Shown: in pieces, positions 48,943 to 61,539 of the stretch
How positions within the stretch are numbered: position 1 is the first letter of the stretch
Layout of the letters: each line of letters starts with the position of its first letter
Origin: Eledone cirrhosa
Taxonomy: Eukaryota
Length of the DNA stretch: 64,000 bases
NCBI GenBank assembly: GCA_964016885.1
Contig: OZ024751.1
Span: 32,736,001-32,800,000, forward strand
Reading direction: 5' to 3'
Notes under the pieces: model-generated
What the model saw: the letters and a program-made list of their open reading frames with translations, nothing else
The model's database searches: none
Told to the model about the DNA's origin: nothing
Position numbers and translations under genes: made by a program

Positions 48943-51458
48943 GTATGATTTCAGTTTAATCTTAACCTAATGACCACTTTACAGAGTGTACTGGGTGTGT
49001 CTTACCTCGCTATGTTTACTGTAAACCCTAGATAACGAATGCCTTGTTGAGTGTTGTGAATTGTGAACGTGAGGTTGTGTTGTGGGGTTGCTTGGTGAGT
49101 TTGCATTATGATGTAGCTTTGTGAGGCTTTGTTGTGAATTGATAAATATTTGAAAACACACCTCTGTCCCTCAACAGTCAGTCAGTCATTTTCTACTAAA
49201 ACTCATTGATGCGAGTCCCTAGCATTGTATCTGTAAGTACATTATGACTATTTTCTCTTGGTGGACTTGACATTCAAAGATATTTGTATATATTTTGTTG
49301 ATGTTGTTTGTTAGTTAGGAAATTGCTTAAAAGCTACTTTGATCACAGCACTTTGTAAAGGCAACATATGTTTAAGATTCTTTTTTTCTTTTATTTTTGT
49401 TATTCAGATGACAGAGAAGGCAAAGAAAGGCACAGAAGAAAAGAACAATGACGATTATTATTATTATTATTACTATTATTATTTGTTTTATTATAATCAA
49501 AATATGCTGTTAGTTTGCCTGCTATCCCACTACGTGCCTGCTATCGCACTCGATCTTTTGTGTACGTTTTATATAATTTATGCCAGTTCCGTTTCTGCAT
49601 ATCGAACATGGCCATTTCCCTGACGGAATAGAGTTTTGTCCTCTTTTCTACTCATCAACACTCATTCGTGACACAAAGTACAGCGGCATCATTGCGGACA
49701 GACTTAATCCCGATTTGCACTGACACACTGCCTTGCAGTACGGAACAGCGCACGTCGTCGAGCAGCCTCCTTGCATGCTAAGTACACCTGACGTCTAGCT
49801 TCTCTCTTAGCGGCTGTATATTCTTCTCTACTCGCACTAATTTTGCAAGCATTCCATGCTAGTCTTTAGTCTCCAATGGCCCGATCTACCGTGCTGTCCC
49901 ACCACCATGTCACTCTCTGTCTGGTTGGAACTCTGATCCAGCCACAAGTTTCATCAGTAACCTGCAGTAAGGTATCGCATAAGAAATTCCAGTTATCATC
50001 TATGTTGTACGACTCTAAATCGTCTTCTTTTTCATCATACACATATTGAAGGGCTTTCCTAAATTTGTATTTTAGTGAGAGCTCTTTTAGCTTCCAGACC
50101 TTTCTTTTTTCCACACCTTCCTGTATGTCTCATTCAGTCTCTTGCTTAATGAGATATCACTAACGACTAACCTATGCTGTGGGGTACATTCTTCCCCGGG
50201 GTATGCCTTTGTATTTGACACCATCTGCCTGTCCCGCTGCCTAACTAGCAAGAAGTCAATCTGGCTTATGTGCTTGCCTGATTTGTAGGTTATTAGGTGG
50301 TTGGCAGATTTGTGTAAGTTAGTGTTGTAGATGGTTAGTGCAATTGCATCGCAAAATTCAAGAAGTTTCACTGCTTCATTTCTTAAGCCGTAAGTGTGCC
50401 CAACATGTACCTCGGTGTAACCATCGTAGAGCTGTCCAACATGACCATTGAAATCCCCTGCTAGCATAACGATGTCTCCGTCCTGTCATTGTGGCTGTTT
50501 GTAAAAATTGCTTGTAAATGCAGAATTTCTTTTCTTTACCTAGCAGCAGTTTCTTGCTCTCAATTAACCCTAAAACTAGCCGTAACGCTAACAGTAACAC
50601 TAACCGTAACACTAACTTATGCAGGCCTAGGTAAAGACGAGAAAGATAAAACAAGGAGTGATGCTATTTGAATTTTGTGATGCAAGTGTTTTAACCATTT
50701 GCAAAACCAACTTCCGCAAACCTGCCAACTGCCTAATAACCTACGAATTAGGCAAGCACAGAAGCCGGATTTCTCGGTAGTTAGGCAGCGAGACAGACAG
50801 ATGGTGTGAAGTACCAGGGTGTGCCCCGGGGAGGACTGTTTCCCACAGCGTGGGTTGGTTGTTGGTGATGTCTCGGTGATCCTGAGACGGAGTGAGGAGG
50901 GTGTTTATAGGTAAATAGATAGACTGATGCACAGATATCTGGATAGATTGATAGAGAGATAGATATATAGAGAGCATCATTATCATCGTCTGTTCATCAT
51001 TTTACGTCCGCTTTTCCCTGCTTGAAAGGGTGGGACAGGTCCTCTTGAGCAAAGCATCTCTTCACTTGTCACGGTCCTTCGTCATCTCCTTGGTGAGTTT
51101 CAGCGATCTGAAGTCGGCTCTCACCACCTCCACCCATGTTTTTCGTGGTCTTCCTCTACTGCGTCTCCCTTCTTTACCCAGCGCTCAACCTCCATGCGCA
51201 TCACATGTCCATACCATCTCAGTCCTCTCTTGCACACCACAACTTATCCCTCTTAAACACAGTTTCTCTCTCAACTCGTTTATGCTTGGTCGTTCCCGCA
51301 CATTGACATTGCACATCCAACGGAGCGTGCTTGCTTCATTTCTCTCCAGCCATCGCATACCCTCTGCAGTTGCTGTCCATGTTTCACTACCATGCAGGGT
51401 CGCACATCTCGCATAGGCATCATGTAACCACACTTTCGTACGCATATATATATTTGTA

Positions 51459-51498
<40 letters not shown>

Positions 51499-54400
51499 TA
51501 TATGTGTGTGTATGTATATATATGTATGTATATATTTGTCCTGGGTATGACATTAAACTACATCCAGTGGCAAGGCTCAAGTTCAGGAGGAACTGTGGGG
51601 AACATGGAGTTACCCCCTTAGTTGTCATAACTCCCAGGTCTGCTCTGGCCTGGTGTAGTAGTACCTGTTGGGGCCCCATTTATAGGTTAAATAATAAGAT
51701 GACAGATCGGCGTACCCTATCAAAGGCCTTCTCTAGGTCAACAAAGGCTAAGTATAGTGGCTTATTTTTCTCTAAGAACCTCTCTTGTAATTGTCTCATC
51801 AAGAAGAGGGCATCTGTTGTACTATTCCCAGGCACAAAACCAAACTGCATCTCATCTAGTTTGACCCTTTCTCTAATTAGTTGTGCTAATATCCTTTCTG
51901 CCACTTTCATAACCTGATCCATCAGTTTTATATCCCTATAATTTCTCCTCTCAAGAGCGTCCCCTTTACTTTTGCACTAGTCTTTGGGTATGACACTGCC
52001 ATATATAGCCTGATTGATGATGTGTGCAACCAGTTTAGTGCCTACGTCCCCTGAGGCCTTCAGCATCTCAGCAACTATCTCCGATGGTCCAGCAGCCTCA
52101 CCATTTTTCATTTCCTTAATCGCCTCTTGGACCCTATATTCGTTAATCTCAATTTTAAATGGACCTCTTGATAAGACGAAATGACCTGTATAATTTTTTT
52201 TTCATATTTAGATGGAATAGAAGAAAAAGAAGAGAAATGAAAGCAATGAAATTAAGTTTTAGAGAAAATATACGCCAACGACAATGGAGGTATGATTTCA
52301 GTTTAATCTTAACCTAATGACCACTTTACAGAGTGTACTGGGTGTGTCTTACCTCGCTATGTTTACTGTAAACCCTAGATAACGAATGCCTTGTTGAGTG
52401 TTGTGAATTGTGAACGTGAGGTTGTGTTGTGGGGTTGCTTGGTGAGTTTGCATTATGATGTAGCTTTGTGAGGCTTTGTTGTGAATTGATAAATATTTGA
52501 AAACACACCTCTGTCCCTCAACAGTCAGTCAGTCATTTTCTACTAAAACTCATTGATGCGAGTCCCTAGCATTGTATCTGTAAGTACATTATGACTATTT
52601 TCTCTTGGTGGACTTGACATTCAAAGATATTTGTATATATTTTGTTGATGTTGTTTGTTAGTTAGGAAATTGCTTAAAAGCTACTTTGATCACAGCACTT
52701 TGTAAAGGCAACATATGTTTAAGATTCTTTTTTTCTTTTATTTTTGTTATTCAGATGACAGAGAAGGCAAAGAAAGGCACAGAAGAAAAGAACAATGACG
52801 ATTATTATTATTATTATTACTATTATTATTTGTTTTATTATAATCAAAATATGCTGTTAGTTTGCCTGCTATCCCACTACGTGCCTGCTATCGCACTCGA
52901 TCTTTTGTGTACGTTTTATATAATTTATGCCAGTTCCGTTTCTGCATATCGAACATGGCCATTTCCCTGACGGAATAGAGTTTTGTCCTCTTTTCTACTC
53001 ATCAACACTCATTCGTGACACAAAGTACAGCGGCATCATTGCGGACAGACTTAATCCCGATTTGCACTGACACACTGCCTTGCAGTACGGAACAGCGCAC
53101 GTCGTCGAGCAGCCTCCTTGCATGCTAAGTACACCTGACGTCTAGCTTCTCTCTTAGCGGCTGTATATTCTTCTCTACTCGCACTAATTTTGCAAGCATT
53201 CCATGCTAGTCTTTAGTCTCCAATGGCCCGATCTACCGTGCTGTCCCACCACCATGTCACTCTCTGTCTGGTTGGAACTCTGATCCAGCCACAAGTTTCA
53301 TCAGTAACCTGCAGTAAGGTATCGCATAAGAAATTCCAGTTATCATCTATGTTGTACGACTCTAAATCGTCTTCTTTTTCATCATACACATATTGAAGGG
53401 CTTTCCTAAATTTGTATTTTAGTGAGAGCTCTTTTAGCTTCCAGACCTTTCTTTTTTCCACACCTTCCTGTATGTCTCATTCAGTCTCTTGCTTAATGAG
53501 ATATCACTAACGACTAACCTATGCTGTGGGGTACATTCTTCCCCGGGGTATGCCTTTGTATTTGACACCATCTGCCTGTCCCGCTGCCTAACTAGCAAGA
53601 AGTCAATCTGGCTTATGTGCTTGCCTGATTTGTAGGTTATTAGGTGGTTGGCAGATTTGTGTAAGTTAGTGTTGTAGATGGTTAGTGCAATTGCATCGCA
53701 AAATTCAAGAAGTTTCACTGCTTCATTTCTTAAGCCGTAAGTGTGCCCAACATGTACCTCGGTGTAACCATCGTAGAGCTGTCCAACATGACCATTGAAA
53801 TCCCCTGCTAGCATAACGATGTCTCCGTCCTGTCATTGTGGCTGTTTGTAAAAATTGCTTGTAAATGCAGAATTTCTTTTCTTTACCTAGCAGCAGTTTC
53901 TTGCTCTCAATTAACCCTAAAACTAGCCGTAACGCTAACAGTAACACTAACCGTAACACTAACTTATGCAGGCCTAGGTAAAGACGAGAAAGATAAAACA
54001 AGGAGTGATGCTATTTGAATTTTGTGATGCAAGTGTTTTAACCATTTGCAAAACCAACTTCCGCAAACCTGCCAACTGCCTAATAACCTACGAATTAGGC
54101 AAGCACAGAAGCCGGATTTCTCGGTAGTTAGGCAGCGAGACAGACAGATGGTGTGAAGTACCAGGGTGTGCCCCGGGGAGGACTGTTTCCCACAGCGTGG
54201 GTTGGTTGTTGGTGATGTCTCGGTGATCCTGAGACGGAGTGAGGAGGGTGTTTATAGGTAAATAGATAGACTGATGCACAGATATCTGGATAGATTGATA
54301 GAGAGATAGATATATAGAGAGCATCATTATCATCGTCTGTTCATCATTTTACGTCCGCTTTTCCCTGCTTGAAAGGGTGGGACAGGTCCTCTTGAGCAAA

Positions 54401-54805
54401 GCATCTCTTCACTTGTCACGGTCCTTCGTCATCTCCTTGGTGAGTTTCAGCGATCTGAAGTCGGCTCTCACCACCTCCACCCATGTTTTTCGTGGTCTTC
54501 CTCTACTGCGTCTCCCTTCTTTACCCAGCGCTCAACCTCCATGCGCATCACATGTCCATACCATCTCAGTCCTCTCTTGCACACCACAACTTATCCCTCT
54601 TAAACACAGTTTCTCTCTCAACTCGTTTATGCTTGGTCGTTCCCGCACATTGACATTGCACATCCAACGGAGCGTGCTTGCTTCATTTCTCTCCAGCCAT
54701 CGCATACCCTCTGCAGTTGCTGTCCATGTTTCACTACCATGCAGGGTCGCACATCTCGCATAGGCATCATGTAACCACACTTTCGTACGCATATATATAT
54801 TTGTA

Positions 54806-54845
<40 letters not shown>

Positions 54846-57800
54846 TATATGTGTGTATGTATATATATGTATGTATATATTTGTCCTGGGTATGACATTA
54901 AACTACATCCAGTGGCAAGGCTCAAGTTCAGGAGGAACTGTGGGGAACATGGAGTTACCCCCTTAGTTGTCATAACTCCCAGGTCTGCTCTGGCCTGGTG
55001 TAGTAGTACCTGTTGGGGCCCCATTTATAGGTTAAATAATAAGATGACAGATCGGCGTACCCTATCAAAGGCCTTCTCTAGGTCAACAAAGGCTAAGTAT
55101 AGTGGCTTATTTTTCTCTAAGAACCTCTCTTGTAATTGTCTCATCAAGAAGAGGGCATCTGTTGTACTATTCCCAGGCACAAAACCAAACTGCATCTCAT
55201 CTAGTTTGACCCTTTCTCTAATTAGTTGTGCTAATATCCTTTCTGCCACTTTCATAACCTGATCCATCAGTTTTATATCCCTATAATTTCTCCTCTCAAG
55301 AGCGTCCCCTTTACTTTTGCACTAGTCTTTGGGTATGACACTGCCATATATAGCCTGATTGATGATGTGTGCAACCAGTTTAGTGCCTACGTCCCCTGAG
55401 GCCTTCAGCATCTCAGCAACTATCTCCGATGGTCCAGCAGCCTCACCATTTTTCATTTCCTTAATCGCCTCTTGGACCCTATATTCGTTAATCTCAATTT
55501 TAAATGGACCTCTTGATAAGACGAAATGACCTGTATAATTTTTTTTTCATATTTAGATGGAATAGAAGAAAAAGAAGAGAAATGAAAGCAATGAAATTAA
55601 GTTTTAGAGAAAATATACGCCAACGACAATGGAGGTATGATTTCAGTTTAATCTTAACCTAATGACCACTTTACAGAGTGTACTGGGTGTGTCTTACCTC
55701 GCTATGTTTACTGTAAACCCTAGATAACGAATGCCTTGTTGAGTGTTGTGAATTGTGAACGTGAGGTTGTGTTGTGGGGTTGCTTGGTGAGTTTGCATTA
55801 TGATGTAGCTTTGTGAGGCTTTGTTGTGAATTGATAAATATTTGAAAACACACCTCTGTCCCTCAACAGTCAGTCAGTCATTTTCTACTAAAACTCATTG
55901 ATGCGAGTCCCTAGCATTGTATCTGTAAGTACATTATGACTATTTTCTCTTGGTGGACTTGACATTCAAAGATATTTGTATATATTTTGTTGATGTTGTT
56001 TGTTAGTTAGGAAATTGCTTAAAAGCTACTTTGATCACGGCACTTTGTAAAGGCAACATATGTTTAAGATTCTTTTTTTCTTTTATTTTTGTTATTCAGA
56101 TGACAGAGAAGGCAAAGAAAGGCACAGAAGAAAAGAACAATGACGATTATTATTATTATTATTACTATTATTATTTGTTTTATTATAATCAAAATATGCT
56201 GTTAGTTTGCCTGCTATCCCACTACGTGCCTGCTATCGCACTCGATCTTTTGTGTACGTTTTATATAATTTATGCCAGTTCCGTTTCTGCATATCGAACA
56301 TGGCCATTTCCCTGACGGAATAGAGTTTTGTCCTCTTTTCTACTCATCAACACTCATTCGTGACACAAAGTACAGCGGCATCATTGCGGACAGACTTAAT
56401 CCCGATTTGCACTGACACACTGCCTTGCAGTACGGAACAGCGCACGTCGTCGAGCAGCCTCCTTGCATGCTAAGTACACCTGACGTCTAGCTTCTCTCTT
56501 AGCGGCTGTATATTCTTCTCTACTCGCACTAATTTTGCAAGCATTCCATGCTAGTCTTTAGTCTCCAATGGCCCGATCTACCGTGCTGTCCCACCACCAT
56601 GTCACTCTCTGTCTGGTTGGAACTCTGATCCAGCCACAAGTTTCATCAGTAACCTGCAGTAAGGTATCGCATAAGAAATTCCAGTTATCATCTATGTTGT
56701 ACGACTCTAAATCGTCTTCTTTTTCATCATACACATATTGAAGGGCTTTCCTAAATTTGTATTTTAGTGAGAGCTCTTTTAGCTTCCAGACCTTTCTTTT
56801 TTCCACACCTTCCTGTATGTCTCATTCAGTCTCTTGCTTAATGAGATATCACTAACGACTAACCTATGCTGTGGGGTACATTCTTCCCCGGGGTATGCCT
56901 TTGTATTTGACACCATCTGCCTGTCCCGCTGCCTAACTAGCAAGAAGTCAATCTGGCTTATGTGCTTGCCTGATTTGTAGGTTATTAGGTGGTTGGCAGA
57001 TTTGTGTAAGTTAGTGTTGTAGATGGTTAGTGCAATTGCATCGCAAAATTCAAGAAGTTTCACTGCTTCATTTCTTAAGCCGTAAGTGTGCCCAACATGT
57101 ACCTCGGTGTAACCATCGTAGAGCTGTCCAACATGACCATTGAAATCCCCTGCTAGCATAACGATGTCTCCGTCCTGTCATTGTGGCTGTTTGTAAAAAT
57201 TGCTTGTAAATGCAGAATTTCTTTTCTTTACCTAGCAGCAGTTTCTTGCTCTCAATTAACCCTAAAACTAGCCGTAACGCTAACAGTAACACTAACCGTA
57301 ACACTAACTTATGCAGGCCTAGGTAAAGACGAGAAAGATAAAACAAGGAGTGATGCTATTTGAATTTTGTGATGCAAGTGTTTTAACCATTTGCAAAACC
57401 AACTTCCGCAAACCTGCCAACTGCCTAATAACCTACGAATTAGGCAAGCACAGAAGCCGGATTTCTCGGTAGTTAGGCAGCGAGACAGACAGATGGTGTG
57501 AAGTACCAGGGTGTGCCCCGGGGAGGACTGTTTCCCACAGCGTGGGTTGGTTGTTGGTGATGTCTCGGTGATCCTGAGACGGAGTGAGGAGGGTGTTTAT
57601 AGGTAAATAGATAGACTGATGCACAGATATCTGGATAGATTGATAGAGAGATAGATATATAGAGAGCATCATTATCATCGTCTGTTCATCATTTTACGTC
57701 CGCTTTTCCCTGCTTGAAAGGGTGGGACAGGTCCTCTTGAGCAAAGCATCTCTTCACTTGTCACGGTCCTTCGTCATCTCCTTGGTGAGTTTCAGCGATC

Positions 57801-58150
57801 TGAAGTCGGCTCTCACCACCTCCACCCATGTTTTTCGTGGTCTTCCTCTACTGCGTCTCCCTTCTTTACCCAGCGCTCAACCTCCATGCGCATCACATGT
57901 CCATACCATCTCAGTCCTCTCTTGCACACCACAACTTATCCCTCTTAAACACAGTTTCTCTCTCAACTCGTTTATGCTTGGTCGTTCCCGCACATTGACA
58001 TTGCACATCCAACGGAGCGTGCTTGCTTCATTTCTCTCCAGCCATCGCATACCCTCTGCAGTTGCTGTCCATGTTTCACTACCATGCAGGGTCGCACATC
58101 TCGCATAGGCATCATGTAACCACACTTTCGTACGCATATATATATTTGTA

Positions 58151-58190
<40 letters not shown>

Positions 58191-61100
58191 TATATGTGTG
58201 TATGTATATATATGTATGTATATATTTGTCCTGGGTATGACATTAAACTACATCCAGTGGCAAGGCTCAAGTTCAGGAGGAACTGTGGGGAACATGGAGT
58301 TACCCCCTTAGTTGTCATAACTCCCAGGTCTGCTCTGGCCTGGTGTAGTAGTACCTGTTGGGGCCCCATTTATAGGTTAAATAATAAGATGACAGATCGG
58401 CGTACCCTATCAAAGGCCTTCTCTAGGTCAACAAAGGCTAAGTATAGTGGCTTATTTTTCTCTAAGAACCTCTCTTGTAATTGTCTCATCAAGAAGAGGG
58501 CATCTGTTGTACTATTCCCAGGCACAAAACCAAACTGCATCTCATCTAGTTTGACCCTTTCTCTAATTAGTTGTGCTAATATCCTTTCTGCCACTTTCAT
58601 AACCTGATCCATCAGTTTTATATCCCTATAATTTCTCCTCTCAAGAGCGTCCCCTTTACTTTTGCACTAGTCTTTGGGTATGACACTGCCATATATAGCC
58701 TGATTGATGATGTGTGCAACCAGTTTAGTGCCTACGTCCCCTGAGGCCTTCAGCATCTCAGCAACTATCTCCGATGGTCCAGCAGCCTCACCATTTTTCA
58801 TTTCCTTAATCGCCTCTTGGACCCTATATTCGTTAATCTCAATTTTAAATGGACCTCTTGATAAGACGAAATGACCTGTATAATTTTTTTTTCATATTTA
58901 GATGGAATAGAAGAAAAAGAAGAGAAATGAAAGCAATGAAATTAAGTTTTAGAGAAAATATACGCCAACGACAATGGAGGTATGATTTCAGTTTAATCTT
59001 AACCTAATGACCACTTTACAGAGTGTACTGGGTGTGTCTTACCTCGCTATGTTTACTGTAAACCCTAGATAACGAATGCCTTGTTGAGTGTTGTGAATTG
59101 TGAACGTGAGGTTGTGTTGTGGGGTTGCTTGGTGAGTTTGCATTATGATGTAGCTTTGTGAGGCTTTGTTGTGAATTGATAAATATTTGAAAACACACCT
59201 CTGTCCCTCAACAGTCAGTCAGTCATTTTCTACTAAAACTCATTGATGCGAGTCCCTAGCATTGTATCTGTAAGTACATTATGACTATTTTCTCTTGGTG
59301 GACTTGACATTCAAAGATATTTGTATATATTTTGTTGATGTTGTTTGTTAGTTAGGAAATTGCTTAAAAGCTACTTTGATCACGGCACTTTGTAAAGGCA
59401 ACATATGTTTAAGATTCTTTTTTTCTTTTATTTTTGTTATTCAGATGACAGAGAAGGCAAAGAAAGGCACAGAAGAAAAGAACAATGACGATTATTATTA
59501 TTATTATTACTATTATTATTTGTTTTATTATAATCAAAATATGCTGTTAGTTTGCCTGCTATCCCACTACGTGCCTGCTATCGCACTCGATCTTTTGTGT
59601 ACGTTTTATATAATTTATGCCAGTTCCGTTTCTGCATATCGAACATGGCCATTTCCCTGACGGAATAGAGTTTTGTCCTCTTTTCTACTCATCAACACTC
59701 ATTCGTGACACAAAGTACAGCGGCATCATTGCGGACAGACTTAATCCCGATTTGCACTGACACACTGCCTTGCAGTACGGAACAGCGCACGTCGTCGAGC
59801 AGCCTCCTTGCATGCTAAGTACACCTGACGTCTAGCTTCTCTCTTAGCGGCTGTATATTCTTCTCTACTCGCACTAATTTTGCAAGCATTCCATGCTAGT
59901 CTTTAGTCTCCAATGGCCCGATCTACCGTGCTGTCCCACCACCATGTCACTCTCTGTCTGGTTGGAACTCTGATCCAGCCACAAGTTTCATCAGTAACCT
60001 GCAGTAAGGTATCGCATAAGAAATTCCAGTTATCATCTATGTTGTACGACTCTAAATCGTCTTCTTTTTCATCATACACATATTGAAGGGCTTTCCTAAA
60101 TTTGTATTTTAGTGAGAGCTCTTTTAGCTTCCAGACCTTTCTTTTTTCCACACCTTCCTGTATGTCTCATTCAGTCTCTTGCTTAATGAGATATCACTAA
60201 CGACTAACCTATGCTGTGGGGTACATTCTTCCCCGGGGTATGCCTTTGTATTTGACACCATCTGCCTGTCCCGCTGCCTAACTAGCAAGAAGTCAATCTG
60301 GCTTATGTGCTTGCCTGATTTGTAGGTTATTAGGTGGTTGGCAGATTTGTGTAAGTTAGTGTTGTAGATGGTTAGTGCAATTGCATCGCAAAATTCAAGA
60401 AGTTTCACTGCTTCATTTCTTAAGCCGTAAGTGTGCCCAACATGTACCTCGGTGTAACCATCGTAGAGCTGTCCAACATGACCATTGAAATCCCCTGCTA
60501 GCATAACGATGTCTCCGTCCTGTCATTGTGGCTGTTTGTAAAAATTGCTTGTAAATGCAGAATTTCTTTTCTTTACCTAGCAGCAGTTTCTTGCTCTCAA
60601 TTAACCCTAAAACTAGCCGTAACGCTAACAGTAACACTAACCGTAACACTAACTTATGCAGGCCTAGGTAAAGACGAGAAAGATAAAACAAGGAGTGATG
60701 CTATTTGAATTTTGTGATGCAAGTGTTTTAACCATTTGCAAAACCAACTTCCGCAAACCTGCCAACTGCCTAATAACCTACGAATTAGGCAAGCACAGAA
60801 GCCGGATTTCTCGGTAGTTAGGCAGCGAGACAGACAGATGGTGTGAAGTACCAGGGTGTGCCCCGGGGAGGACTGTTTCCCACAGCGTGGGTTGGTTGTT
60901 GGTGATGTCTCGGTGATCCTGAGACGGAGTGAGGAGGGTGTTTATAGGTAAATAGATAGACTGATGCACAGATATCTGGATAGATTGATAGAGAGATAGA
61001 TATATAGAGAGCATCATTATCATCGTCTGTTCATCATTTTACGTCCGCTTTTCCCTGCTTGAAAGGGTGGGACAGGTCCTCTTGAGCAAAGCATCTCTTC

Positions 61101-61495
61101 ACTTGTCACGGTCCTTCGTCATCTCCTTGGTGAGTTTCAGCGATCTGAAGTCGGCTCTCACCACCTCCACCCATGTTTTTCGTGGTCTTCCTCTACTGCG
61201 TCTCCCTTCTTTACCCAGCGCTCAACCTCCATGCGCATCACATGTCCATACCATCTCAGTCCTCTCTTGCACACCACAACTTATCCCTCTTAAACACAGT
61301 TTCTCTCTCAACTCGTTTATGCTTGGTCGTTCCCGCACATTGACATTGCACATCCAACGGAGCGTGCTTGCTTCATTTCTCTCCAGCCATCGCATACCCT
61401 CTGCAGTTGCTGTCCATGTTTCACTACCATGCAGGGTCGCACATCTCGCATAGGCATCATGTAACCACACTTTCGTACGCATATATATATTTGTA

Positions 61496-61539
<44 letters not shown>

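Noticed and set aside
49339-49623. 94 aa ORF with a poly-Tyr run conserved in all units
   Set aside because: It spans a (TAT)n microsatellite and antisense RTE sequence; identity reflects recent duplication.
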